A DNA stretch of 63,213 nt, filler included, from Octopus bimaculoides (Eukaryota): assembly GCF_001194135.2 (NCBI RefSeq). It is 7 parts of 7 records of this genome, joined end to end, with 100 filler letters (N's around TTAATTAATTAA, not from the genome) between each part and the next. Parts side by side here need not be neighbours in the genome. Positions count along the whole stretch, not along the records: positions 11,789 to 26,758 come from NC_068990.1; positions 26,859 to 33,654 come from NC_068989.1; positions 33,755 to 42,825 come from NC_068983.1; 4 more parts are not named here. One strand, 5' to 3'. The translations under genes were made by a program, and so were the position numbers. This document shows positions 24,809 to 37,299 of this stretch, one piece after another (within the stretch, counting starts at the first letter, position 1; each line of letters begins with the position of its first letter). The notes below the pieces were generated by a model. The model did not search any database. It was not told where the DNA came from and worked only from the letters and a program-made list of their open reading frames with translations.

Positions 24809-25421
24809 TGTAACCTGAACGTTGGCTACTATAATAATAGTTAATATTGTAACTTGGCTTTGTAACATTCTCGTGTTACGAAAGGTAAAATTGCATTCTT
24901 GATTCGAATGAATGAGAGAGCCATTCTTGAACTTCACAAATAATCTATTACCAGTTCCGAACCAGGTAAGAATTCACCAATAACATTGCTTCGGTTGAAA
25001 CGGCACATAAATGAAGAATGAGTACATATTATCTTGCCTTATCACGTTCCATCTGCAGAAGGTAAATTTCGTATGCCACTTTGGTTTACTTCTCGTGCAA
25101 AAAGACGTAAAGCACATGTTGCACGATCCAATATCTTTGAGGTACCCGTTGCTCTTCTAAGGCATTTGGTTTCTTGAGCCAGGTGTATCGACACCTGTGT
25201 GCTCTCAACACAGAAATGTGTCTAAGACTAAGGCCGTTGGTCGAAAAGAGATCGAGGTTCTGCAGCTATTTAATACATAGTCCAGAGACTGTTGGCTCAC
25301 CTTGGCGACTAAATTACATTCTAGAACATTCCGTAGCTCATTGGAATTAGGAAAAGGGACATAAATCCAATTTCTTAGAAGTTTCTAGAATGCTTCGCAA
25401 GGGCGATCTCTGTGTGTAACA
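24809..25421 (-). repeat. 5' LTR, TG...CA termini
   Basis: Minus strand begins TGTTACAC (25421) and ends GGTTACA (24809). Confidence 0.88.
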
Positions 25422-26149
25422 TCCCATGATTCGTGAATTCGGCAATGACAAACCTGTTTCAAACTATGTAACTCCTACACATCCATGCAGGGTCTGACAA
25501 CACCTGAGGTCTCTACTGAAACCAGCACAAGCTGATAGCGGCCAGTCAGGCTCCTCTATTTGTCTATTTTTCCTGTCCTCTTTATTACGGATCATTATTC
25601 TTTGTGAGATGGTGAATAATAACATAGTTTGATTGGGGGTGGGGTTATTTTGTAGTTTCTGAATGCAAATGCAGACATACTTACAAATAATTCCCCCCCA
25701 CACACACACACACACGCACGCAAATGAAAAGATGCTGAAGACTATTCTGACATACGAGAACAGATGTTTTATTCCATTAAAAATATTAAATTGACCACAC
25801 CAGATCAAAACGAAACAAGAGATTTGAAACAACAACAACAAACAAGGAAAACAACAACAACAGTTATTACAAGAAATTCCATGCCATGATAATGTTTGAT
25901 GTTGTTTATATTTACGAAGAAATGGTCTTGAGAAAATTTATGAAACATTTCAAATAACAAATAATGCAAGCAAAGAATGATGTGTATGTCTGTTTATAAC
26001 GTGTGTGTGTGTGTGTGCGTGTGCGAGAGAGAAAGAGAGAGGGAGAAAGAGATGGGGTGAGTTATGTATTTGAGAGAGTTTGAAAAAATCATCTCGTGTG
26101 GATTCATCAGACAACAATTCCTGTTTGTTGAAATAGAAAGAAAAAAAGG

Positions 26150-26220
26150 TTTTTATAGAGATTTTACTCAGCTTTTTGAGGCAAACGAATGTGCCAAAAG
26201 TTCCCTGTTGCGATTGGCTG
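26150..26220 (-). promoter_or_regulatory. candidate CCAAT + TATA promoter, possibly of the SLC22 gene
   Basis: Minus strand AGCCAATCG (CCAAT at 26217-26213) about 56 bp upstream of TATAAAAA (26157-26150); motif-only evidence. Confidence 0.25.
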
Positions 26221-26858
26221 AACATAACAAACAAAGGACAGTCATGTGATGTTTCATCCAAGTTGCCTGCTAGGCTTGCATAAACACAGCAACATAACCA
26301 TTGGAATTCAATATTTCTTATTGTGAGACAAGTGGCCGGGTAGAAGATTGTGCACAGATACTGACAAGACAGACATCAAATTACCTTGTAAAATAGGGGC
26401 CATTGATTGAATGAAATTCAAGCCTAAGGGTCTTTGTCAAACAAATACATGTAAACATACACAAGAGATTATGTAGTAAGATGAGGGAGATTCAGCTACT
26501 ATTTCTAACTGATCTTCCAAACATGCAAAGGTAGTAATATAATGTTGTTATTATAAATGTGAGGTAGTGATATCCATGCTGCTATGAGGAAAGAAACCAT
26601 TGTGCTGTGGAGTCTCCTCTCAGAGGACGAGTCTAGAAGAGTAGCCATCGAATAAGATATGTGGAATGGTGTGTGCAAGTCGGTGTTTTTACATGATCAG
26701 GTAAGCCAAGAACTTGCATGAAGTGAGGTAGCCAATTGCACATAGCATCCACATCTAGNNNNNNNNNNNNNNNNNNNNNNNNNNNNNNNNNNNNNNNNNN
26801 NNTTAATTAATTAANNNNNNNNNNNNNNNNNNNNNNNNNNNNNNNNNNNNNNNNNNNN

Positions 26859-27460
26859 ATTCTTGAGTCTTTTGGTTGTTCGTTGTTTATTTATTTCACA
26901 CGTCTCATAAGGAGAGTCTTCACAGTTTGTTACCTCCATTATTTCTTTATCTGATGTGAATCTCGCCTGGAGATTTGGAGGTTGTCTTCGGCCGTTGATG
27001 ATTTGTAACATTAATTATTTGTATGAGATTCGATGATTGATGTAGAATTGAGAAGTATCGTTTGGTTGAATGTAAAATGTTGTTCCTAAGATTATGGGTA
27101 ACTACAAATGGAATATTTATATTTGTATTTTCGCTTTCATCCTCAGGCAGAAATCGGGATTTCTTTTGCCCTGGTTATGGAATAATTTATTAGATTCTTG
27201 GAGTATTCCTGTTTTTGAAGGACCGTATTTAGTTCTAACTATCGTTTCTGCCATTCATTTGCGTTTCTAACTACTGCACATATACCTCTTGCCATATTGA
27301 ATATGTTCTCTTTTGTATGGAAAGGGTGGCAAGACCTAAAATCTAAATATTGATGTGTGTCTGTGTCCTGGAGTAGAGATCAGTTCTAACAGTTCCATTT
27401 TATTTAATTACTAATTTTCTTTGGAAAATTAAAGATACGCCCCTTAAAATGTTCTATGTT
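26859..27460 (-). mobile_element. Penelope-like element fragment (RT thumb to linker)
   Basis: ..FNMARGICAVVRNANEWQK..QEYSKNLINYSITRAKEIP..GRRQPPNLQARFT..VTNCEDSPYETC; same type as the 17.1-17.5 kb segment. Confidence 0.75.
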
Positions 27461-27744
27461 GTGAACATCTAAACATCTGTACAAATGGAAAATTTAAAAT
27501 ATTCCCCTTATACAAAATGAAAGATGTAAACATCAACGATGAAAGATAAAAGAAGAAGAATTTAAAAGAAGTCTACACCTGAAATAGCCAGCAATAATAC
27601 TAAAAATAACTTCCTCTATACGCATTAGTACGATCATCCCTGATCGAGCAAACTTTTGATCCAAGGTTTTCTAGCCGTGACTATCCTGTATGTACATTCC
27701 TGTATGTACATTCGTATGTACATTCGTATACATAGGGAACCGAA

Positions 27745-27926
27745 GACGGTGAACTAGCAGATTCGTTCGCACGTCAGGCAAAATGCTCAGTGGTCTTTCT
27801 TCCGGATCTTTACATTCCAAGTTCGAAATCCTACCAAGGTCTACTCTGCCTTTTATCCATTCTGAGCCGATAAAATAAAGTAGCAGTCAAGTACTGGAAA
27901 GATGTAATCGGCTTGTCTCACCACCC
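27745..27926 (+). mobile_element. SINE family C, decayed
   Basis: GAACTAGCAGA..AAATGCTCAG..AAGTTCGAAATCC..GATAAAATAAAGTA..GATGTAATCG. Confidence 0.75.
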
Positions 27927-27930
27927 TTAA

Positions 27931-28534
27931 TCCTTCGTGTACCGGCGGGGTCTCTTGGGACCCCGGAAAAAATTTTAAAAGTTACGTAACTTTTACATTT
28001 TTAAAATCTAAATGATTTCATATCTCATGATTTTTATTATCAATAGTTTATGTACGCACGTACAATTTTTGAGTTAAAATTTTCCGTCGTATGGATGATA
28101 TATCATAAAATATGGCCATTGGGGTCCAGCTGGACCCCATTGGCTTTCTCTGAAATTAGTTTTTTCTTTTCTTTTTCAGATATTCTGATGACCTATAAAT
28201 CAATTTTCTTCGTATTTGTACTGGTATGAATCGATATACCAAATAATTTTATCTTATTTTACATTTAGTACTATATGTATAGTTTATAAAACTATAAAAA
28301 ATGCTGATTTCTTTCAATAAAGGTTTTTTTCAGTCAATAAATTATATTCTAATTCCCTTCCATTAAACGCTAATAATTACAAATATATACCTATAAAGTG
28401 CTAAATTTCTTCTGCACCATGCACTCACACATATATACAAGATTAAACAAATATTACTTTATGGATAATGCGGAAATGCACAAAAATAAAAGTGCGTCCC
28501 TCGGGATCCTCCAACCCTGCCGGCCCACGAAGGG
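27931..28534. mobile_element. non-autonomous piggyBac-type DNA element (MITE), TTAA TSD
   Basis: TTAA 27927-27930 and 28535-28538; TIRs TCCTTCGTGTACCGGCGGGGT vs CCCTTCGTGGGCCGGCAGGGT (reverse complement); no ORF. Confidence 0.8.
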
Positions 28535-29714
28535 TTAATATTGATGGCTTTGAACCCCGCAATGGACCAGCGTTCCGTTCCGGGTAAAATGGGATCTCGA
28601 TTACTTATACATCTTGGAAATCGGGTAACCGCCCTTATGAATCGAGAAAAAAATACAGAAAGGAAGGATACACGAGGCCTGCATTATTCTATGCGTTTTC
28701 ATCTAAGGGCGTGTAATGTGAAGAAGATTAGGCTACTATTTCTAGCAGGTCGATCGACCATGCGGAAGGACCACGCCACGTTGCCTCCTGCAAATAGTCA
28801 GCAGTGTGTAGGTGTAGATGGTCACGGTTATATTAAGAAAAATAAAAGAACAAACACAACTATTCCAAGTATTCACAAATCGTCCTTTTTCCTATCTACT
28901 TCCCCTTTCTTCTTGCTTTCTATTTTCTTCTTTCTCTATCTCCCCTTACCACTCTGCTACTCTCACGGTCTTCTACACCTCTCACCCCACCTCTTTTCCA
29001 CACCCCCACTTCACATTAATCATTCTATCATTAAGTAGTGGAAGTGAGGAAAATCGAAACCTTATGCCATCACCGCAAGCCTTTACGCGACCAACCAATT
29101 TACTAGAAGTGGTAACCAAATCTCTCTCTCAAAACACTCATCATCATCTTAGGAAAACACACACACACACACACATGATACATTGCTTAACGTAGGCCTG
29201 CTAGAAATAACAGCCAGAGCCTCTCAAATCGGTCGCTCGCCACAGTCAGTCATAAAAAAATGAGGGCACATTGGCTAGAAATAGTCACGACTAACACTTT
29301 TGAACATAGGTCTGGGTTGAGGCCAAGTCCGTTTCAAGACGAGTTGTTTCAGTCTCCATGTTTCAAATGCCTTACAACTATCGTAGATCACTTCTTACCA
29401 AACCGATCGATTTTCCGTCACTTTTCGGTTTTAATAAGAAGTGTATTACTCTATCTTTGGGTATTAGAGAGCTATTTACACCTTGTTTTGAATTTATGTT
29501 CTTACTTGTGTGATGTATGTACATATGTATATAGACAGATAGACGCATATACATATATAATAATATAAATAATATAAATAGTATATANNNNNNNNNNNNN
29601 NNNNNNNNNNNNNNNNNNNNNNNNNNNNNNNNNNNNNNNNNNNNNNNNNNNNNNNNNNNNNNNNNNNNNNNNNNNNNNNNNNNNNNNNNNNNNNNNNNNN
29701 NNNNNNNNNNNNNN

Positions 29715-29906
29715 ATATATTACGGAGATTCACTTGCATACCAAGTGACTTAATCTGAGATCGTGTGCTGATACAAAAACAATTGCAGCTTGGAAGGTGT
29801 TTATAAGCCATTTAAAAACACACTAAATCCGTTAGATTCACTTCAACATTTAAATTTGATTTGCCAAAATATTTTCGTCGCTTTGAGACCGCGACCTGTT
29901 CACTGA
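29715..29906 (-). mobile_element. ~190-bp dispersed repeat (family H3) with hammerhead-like fold, copy 1
   Basis: Highly similar to 60430-60622 (CAAGTGAC..TCTGAGATCGTGTG..AAAACAATTGCAGC..TTGCCAAAATATTTTCGTCGCTTTGAGACCGC.ACCTGTTCACTG). Confidence 0.9.
29860..29906 (-). ncRNA. minimal hammerhead candidate, G3:C8 core (short stem I)
   Basis: Minus strand: TCA-GTGAACA-G-GTCGC ggtctcaaa GCGAC-GAA-AATATT-T-TGGCAAA. Confidence 0.5.
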
Positions 29907-30670
29907 AACGGTTTGTAACATTTGCATTAGGACCTGTTTGTCCAAAGGCGGACTTGCTAATCATATGAAACTTCATGACGGCATTTACTAATGGAAGAGA
30001 TGGTCTACTTCTGTAAAGGAATGGCAATCAGTATAGGATGTCTCGGAACGAATGATATCTAAAGCAAACCGATCCTCCCCAAAGATATAAACACCAGCGT
30101 TTATAGATTGGTGCAAAGCTTTGCAGTCTTCAATAAATCTAAAGTGTTGTCACTAATACACAACTGTTACTTGATGATGCTGTGATACGAAATGTTTTTG
30201 TTTAATCTTGAAACAGAAAAAAACTGCCAATTTGTCTCGTCTTTTTCTACGACATGGTACATTCGAGATGACATTCTAAGGGGGTAGGATGTACGTTAAC
30301 GGAAATTCGGCTGCTATTTTTAACAAGTTGAGTGACGACGTACAGGCTCCTTCATTTATTCGTGAAATGACTTTACAGAGCTTTACGTGGTTGGCCATCA
30401 TTTATCTCTCTACTTGACATTGATAAATAAGTATGCTGGTCATTCAAGATCGAAGTAGGGATTGAGGTAGCTTTTCACGGTTAATCATTGAAGCCTGTTA
30501 TTCGGCTGACAGATAAAACAAACTCAATGTACAAGATTACATATATAGATAAATAGATATATAAATAAAACGAAGACAAAATAAACAAATAAAAACAACA
30601 TTTAGAAAAACTAGTGAATGGACTGTATAAGTTTAAGGAACTTTATAAGCTCGTATTTCTTATGACGCTT

Positions 30671-30741
30671 GGAGAATATTTTTCTGGTGTGTTATGCAGG
30701 ATATATTTCTGGTGTGTTATGGAGGATATTTTTCTGGTGTG
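30671..30741. repeat. ~26-bp tandem repeat x2.5
   Basis: (GA)ATATTTTTCTGGTGTGTTATG.AG repeated. Confidence 0.85.
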
Positions 30742-31070
30742 CTCAGACCTTCGTTAGAGAAGGGAAAAGTTTTCTTTTTATTGGGCGAGATGGCTGGTGG
30801 AAATTTCGTTGATGGAAAGACACAAATCCAAACGCAAGCAAAAATATAAGAATCTTCATTTAATCGCAGCCCGACCGTCCTACAAATACATTTCTGTGTC
30901 TTTATCGCTGAATGCAAGACAAAAAAGAAACTTTGCTGTTATCTAAACAAGAATTCGTTTCAAAACATCAGTTTATTTTACTCCCGACGATATTCAGAGA
31001 CTACATACAAAAATGCTTTCAAACGAATCAAATTGAAGCCTCTAAGTTATAGTCGTTTAACCTTCGCTTG

Positions 31071-31420
31071 TTTTAATCATTGGACTGCAGTCATGCTGGG
31101 ATACTGTTTCGAAGGGTTTAATCGGACAAAGTCATTCCAATGCTTATTTTCCTAAGTCTATTACTTATTCTATCGGTCTCTTTTGAAGAACAGCCAACAA
31201 CAGTTGTCAAGCAATGATAGGTGCACACACACACGTGCGAGCACACTTAGACACAAAGAGTATATACGGCGGATCCCGTGCAGTTTTCGTCTACTAAATT
31301 CTTTCACTAGGTACTGCTCACTTCAGGGCTATAATATAATGCTAAAGTATCGTGTTGTGAGACTGAACCCGAATCTACAGGGTTGCAAATTGAGCTTGTT
31401 AACCACAACCAGGCACAGCC
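31071..31420 (-). mobile_element. composite SINE (B core + A head), decayed
   Basis: CATTGGACTGCAGTCATGCTGGG..TACTTATTCTATCGGTCTCTTTTG..GTTGTCAAGC..GAGACTGAACCCG..AACCAC. Confidence 0.75.
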
Positions 31421-31643
31421 TGTTAGAAAAAGCAGCTGAGTTCTTTACTATTTACATCTTGTCATCATAAAAAAAGGAAGGACACCAGGACGCATCGGAG
31501 AATATTGTCATAGATATGCATTAAAATGGCGTATTAATGGCTGGCTGGAAAGTCCATTTTAGCAATAGACCTGCTCAGCTATGACTAACACGAAGCTAAA
31601 CAAGAACAAAAATAGAGGCGGCAGCAATAACAGCAGCAGCAGT

Positions 31644-31679
<36 letters not shown>

Positions 31680-32633
31680 AGCAAGAACAACAACAACAAC
31701 AGCAACAACAACAACAACAACAACAACAACAGTGAATATGTAATGAAGCAAGACAATAAAGGTTCCTCCACATGGGCACTTGACCAACGAAAAGTAGCAA
31801 CTAAATCTCCCTTAAATCACACCTATAGTCTTAAGGCGGGCTGGTCACGGCTGGAACACCTCTGATCGTACGTCTTCTCCATCAAAGCATCTTAATCAGC
31901 CATCATCTCCGTAGTCGTCATCGTCGTCATCATCATCATCATCATCATCATAGTCGTCGACATTAACATCTTAAGTTCATTCGTCCGTATAACAGCAACA
32001 ATAGCAAAAGAGGAATGCAATATTTGGGAGACACCCTAGGCAGTCACAAGACGAGTTAGAAATAGCAGCTAAGCTTCCACGAAGCCAGACCTTCTATCGT
32101 AAAAGAGGAAGGGCACATAAGATAAGAGGAGGGACACAATAGTCATTACATAGAAGGAAGGACACGTATAATGATCGATAACAGAAAGGCAGGAAAAATC
32201 TTTGAGCATAGGTCGGCTGGGTTAAGTTTGACCGGGGGCTAGATACCAGCAGAAGCAGCAGCAGCACCACCACCACCACCACCACCACCACCACCACCAC
32301 CACCATCNNNNNNNNNNNNNNNNNNNNNNNNNNNNNNNNNNNNNNNNNNNNNNNNNNNNNNNNNNNNNNNNNNNNNNNNNNNNNNNNNNNNNNNNNNNNN
32401 NNNNNNNNNNNNNNNNNNNNNNNNNNNNNNNNNNNNNNNNNNNNNNNNNNNNNNNNNNNNNNNNNNNNNNNNNNNNNNNNNNNNNNNNNNNNNNNNNNNN
32501 NNNNNNNNNNNNNNNNNNNNNNNNNNNNNNNNNNNNNNNNNNNNNNNNNNNNNNNNNNNNNNNNNNNNNNNNNNNNNNNNNNNNNNNNNNNNNNNNNNNN
32601 NNNNNNNNNNNNNNNNNNNNNNNNNNNNATATA

Positions 32634-32668
<35 letters not shown>

Positions 32669-32683
32669 GTATTTATATGTATA

Positions 32684-32726
<43 letters not shown>

Positions 32727-33322
32727 ATGTATGCATGCATGATCAGTCAGGTCAGGCCCATGGTTAAACGACGACAGTAACAAGAACAACGGCAACAATA
32801 AAAGAATCATCAACAAACACGAATGTAAAGAGAGAAGAAATATGTGCAATATTACTTACAAGAATCCTAATATGGTCAGATCTCTTTCTGTCTCAAGATT
32901 ACAGTCTTTATCTGTATCTCTGCTTGTCGCTTTTATATATATATCTCTTTCTCTGTTTGTGTATACAACAACTATTTATATGTACAATATTATATGTATT
33001 TATATATATATGTATATGTATATATATGCATATGATCTCTATATGTACATATGCATGTCTGTATGCTGCCTGTTTTTTTATATATGTAGGTATTTTTCCA
33101 TATAAGTGCGTTTGTACGATATATGTAAAGTATATTTACGTGAATACTCTATGCATGCGTCTATGTATATTTATATTCACATATTTGTGTATGGATATGT
33201 ATGTTGTGTGTGTTGGTGCGTGTATAAGTGTATGTGTCGGTGCGTGTATAAGTGTGTGTGTGTGTGTGTGTGTATATAAAATTAGGTATGTGTGTGATCT
33301 GTACGTGTTGATGCTTGCACGC

Positions 33323-33390
<68 letters not shown>

Positions 33391-33508
33391 TTCATTCAAC
33401 AGTCGCTCAAGTCACTCACCCCACCCCACGTCTGTCGTTGTTTACATACACGGTGAAAACGTTTTATAATCTCGACTATGTATGTATGTATGTATGTATG
33501 TATGTGTG

Positions 33509-33545
<37 letters not shown>

Positions 33546-34311
33546 ATATATATATATATTTGAGTGATATATTTATGTAAGTACATATTTGTATGTACGC
33601 GTATGTGTCTATGCATATACATACATGCATGCATACACACACACACACACACACNNNNNNNNNNNNNNNNNNNNNNNNNNNNNNNNNNNNNNNNNNNNTT
33701 AATTAATTAANNNNNNNNNNNNNNNNNNNNNNNNNNNNNNNNNNNNNNNNNNNNTATATATGATGTGACTTGTTTGGGCACGCTTACGTTAAAAAACAAT
33801 TTTATAATCACTATTTTCTGTCAAAACGCTAAAAATAACTGACTGACAAAATAAAAAAACCAAGATTCAACCAAATCAGAAAATAAATCCAAATACTAAG
33901 CGAACAAAGATGAACCATCCCACTTCCATTGCGCGCACACACACGAAAACACACACACACGCACGCACACGCACACATTCACATACTCCCCTTTTACATA
34001 CACACACATATATTCACACAGAGTTGAAAAGCTGTTTGATTTATTTTTTCAGCGTACAGTTTTCATCATCCCACTACCAAATATGACATCACCCCTTTCT
34101 TCCTTATTCATCTATCACCCTTTCATAAACTCAAGAGTAATATTATAGCAAATTATCTCGGTAACCATGGAAGCTATGAAAAAAATACAAAGCCCAGCAT
34201 CAGCACCTGATCATTCTACACATCTGTGTAATTTTTCGCGCAATTCCACCCAGCCGTTTGACCGTGAATCTCAAGACAAGAAAGAATCGCCCATGTCAAA
34301 TTTATATGTAT

Positions 34312-34313
<2 letters not shown>

Positions 34314-34396
<83 letters not shown>
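34314..34396. repeat. (TG)n microsatellite abutting a HERO 3' fragment
   Basis: Read directly. Confidence 0.95.
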
Positions 34397-34398
<2 letters not shown>

Positions 34399-34691
34399 CA
34401 GTGAGCATGGAGGATGCTTACTGCCATTGGAATGTGAGGTAAGGAGCGGAGGGTGGCTATGAGCAGGATGAGAGAGGCAGCTGAAACAACCTCTTGTTGG
34501 CTTTGGAGCAAGAGAGAAGAGTTAAGCTGGAAACCAGGAGGAGATGAGGAGCAGTCACTTGGTCTGCTGACTCACCAACAGGAGGGTGTTACGGGTCAGG
34601 TTCGAAATACTCGATGAACGTTGGACACCGTCTAATGCCAATGCTCCATTCGAGTTGGTGAATGGAAAAAAGCACTTCCTTATATGTGTTA
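34397..34691 (+). mobile_element. HERO-like LINE, isolated 3' end
   Basis: Aligns along its length with 36103-36375 (GCATGGAGGATGCTT..GGCAGCTGAAA.AACCTCTT.TTGGCTTTGGAGCAAG..CTGCTGACTCACCAAC..GATGAACGTTGGA). Confidence 0.85.
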
Positions 34692-34699
34692 TGCAACAA

Positions 34700-36375
34700 T
34701 TCAGCTATGAGATGTAAGAGAAAGTGACACACTCCAGAGTCGCCCGTGAAGGTGGGAAGACGAGAGACTCAACAGGACAGATCCAACGGTAACGACGAGG
34801 AATGATTTACAGACACAGACGTAGCCCCAATTACCCTTAAATTGACAGATAGTGGGAGTGAAATGTCTCTGTGGAAAGGTCTGTAAGAATGCAAAAGGGC
34901 TGAAGATACGTCGGAATGTGGGAAGGAGGGAAGAGCCGCAGTTGCAGTTCTCAGTAGTAGCACCTGTTGAAATATCAGTAGTTGGGGAAATATCTGCAAG
35001 AATGAGAAAGTGCCCAAGATACATAGGTAGGTTTATCTTTCTGCACTCATGTGTGTGCAGAAGGAGTGCTGACTTCACTAGAACACATGGTGACATGGAC
35101 AAGAATGAGGTTTAAGCCCAAAATATCGAGGAGCATGGTGATCAAGGAGCGGGGCAAAGTAACCGACAAAATCAGGCTGCAAGTGCAAGGAGAGACCTTG
35201 CTCAGGCTGACGGCATGCTGGAGCTAAGGGACATCATTGGAGTTACATGCAGAAGTCGCTAGGGTCTTGGTTCTCCCTATTTCCAACATTGGAAGAAAGA
35301 AGACACCAGGGAGAGGTGGGCTATGATGGGAGGCAGTCTATGACGAGCAGACACTAGGGAGAGGCGGTGCGATACCAGGATAAAGAAAGAAGAAAATCAA
35401 GAGCTGTGGACTATAATCTCAGGGTGCATGGACTAAATGGAACCTCCTTAAGAGAAATATTACATGGACTGACCTGTGAAGGCTGGAACATTTTCGCATC
35501 TCTTTCCCTGCTGCAGGCTGTGTATGACACACTCCCGTTGCCAAAAAACCTGCACAGACGGAGTTTGAGGGAAGACCAACTGTGTAGACTTTGTGGAGAA
35601 AGGGGTACGCTGGCATACATCCTGGCAGGGTGCGGAATAGCACTTTCTCAACGCAGATATAAATGGCGCCATGATAGGGTACATGCAACACTTGCTCACA
35701 CTCTGGAGCAAGAAAGGCGCAAGAAAGGCGCAAGAAACATCACCACAAGGAGAAGGCAACAGCAACTAAGTTCGTGGAAGAGAGAGAGAGAGGCCAGTAA
35801 AGTCAGCAAAAACAATACATAGCTTGCTGCATGGATCTCAACCATGAGTTATGAAAGTGAACTTACGGGAGAAGTTGCAGTTTCCCAAAGTTGTCCATAT
35901 AACCCTGAGGTCAGATATGGTCCTGTGGTCTGAAAAGGCCCAGAAAATTATTGTAATTGAACTTACAGTTCTGTGGGAAGAGTGGTGTCATGAGACCCAT
36001 GAACGGAAGCGTGCCAGATATGAGAGCCTTTTGCAGGATTGTAGGGAGAACGATGGTAGGTATGGCTTTTCCCAGTCGAAGTTGGCTGTAGAAGATTTCC
36101 TGTTCAGTCGGCATGGAGGATGCTTGCAGCCATTGAAATGAGAGGTAAGGAGCGAAGGGTGGGATAGGCAGCTGAAAGAACCTCTTATTGGCTTTGGAGC
36201 AAGAAGATGAGAAGCAGTGACTTGGCCAGCTCTGCTGACTCACCAACGGGAAAGTGTTACGGTTCGGGTTCGAAACACCCGATGAACGTTGGATACTGTC
36301 TGATGACATCAGTTCCTTCTGGTCAAGACTCCATTCACTTTGGCGAATGGAAAAAGCATCTCTTTATAGGTGTTA
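34700..36375 (+). mobile_element. HERO-like (RLE-type) non-LTR retrotransposon with RT deleted
   Basis: N-terminal VKCLCGKVCKNAKGLKI; post-RT PKISRSMVIK..KVTDKIRLQVQGE; GAWTKWN; zinc knuckle CRLCGERGTLAYILAGC; RHDRV; RLE LRSDMVLWSE..IIVIELTV..ERKRARY. Confidence 0.88.
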
Positions 36376-37299
36376 AAATAAGGTGTATATATTAGTGAAT
36401 GGTGATGGAGGTTTATGTGGTATTGTTGCTGGTGTTTATTATTTGGTCAATGTTGAGACAACAAACTTATGATTATGATTTCAAGCTGTAAATATTCTAT
36501 CCATTTGGAGGTCTTCTGGAACTAAATTATCCAATGCGTTCTCACTCTTTTCAGAAACTGCTTAGTAGCAGGTCAAGAGACCGTGTGAAGTTTCCTTTGT
36601 TGGTTCGTTAGGATGCTTGATTTAGAGAGAAAGTAGAGTTGGTGTTGGTGTTGGTGTTGGTGAAGGTAATGGTATTAGTGACGCTATTGTTGGTTATTTA
36701 ACGATGATTTTTGTTTGTGCAGTGATGCTGCAAGATTCTTTGGAGTGGTACAGAAGCTAGAGAAGCTAAAGTTAGAAATACTGATCTTCACCTGCTATCG
36801 GTTTTTTTTTTGTGGGTTGGAGATTGTCTGTTTGTTTTTGCAGATACTTTAACTGTTTCATAATGAAGATATATTCAGATGTAGATATCTCCAAATGCAG
36901 ATATTGTTTATCTATTAAATATTCCTAAATGTTGAAATTCTTTAAATATTGTATTTCAAAATTAAAGTGATCTTAACAAAAGTCAATACGCCCGGAACAA
37001 TACATCAAATGCTTATATACCAAACAAATATATCTTAATATATCTTGATATTTAAAATGCTGATAACTTTAAAAGTTAAGTTTCTATACACTGATATGTT
37101 AAATATGATGACAGTCTGCATTCTAAAATCAATCTTCTGTTAGTATTTAGCAACATAAATAAAAAAAAATACCCACAACAACAACAAGAAAGTGTTGGAG
37201 TAATTTCCAATCCCTCTTGTGAACGGAAACCGACAGTCATTTAGTGAGGACAACAAAAGTAGCCTGCAAGCACCTTCTGTTGAACGTTCCAGATGATAG

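Larger units (their letters stand above)
22254..25421 (-). mobile_element. Ty3/Gypsy LTR retrotransposon, internally deleted and decayed
   Basis: LTRs at both ends. RT ([43 protein letters not shown]), RNase H (ASDFPVGAVLQQ; YSTFGREFLA), integrase start (HSLSHPG). Flanks CCCC / TCCC may be a 4-bp TSD. Confidence 0.95.

Noticed and set aside
36283-36299. 17-bp identity (TGAACGTTGGATACTGT) between the HERO 3' UTR and the Gypsy LTR (22261-22277)
   Set aside because: Isolated match with no flanking similarity; sister copies of both differ. Treated as chance.
36270-36310. GAAAC..CTGATGA in the HERO 3' UTR as a permuted hammerhead
   Set aside because: Stems I and II cannot be formed consistently, and the second copy (34.6 kb) has CTAATGC.
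36400-36960. Possible PLE N-terminal remnant on the minus strand
   Set aside because: No diagnostic motif recovered by hand translation.
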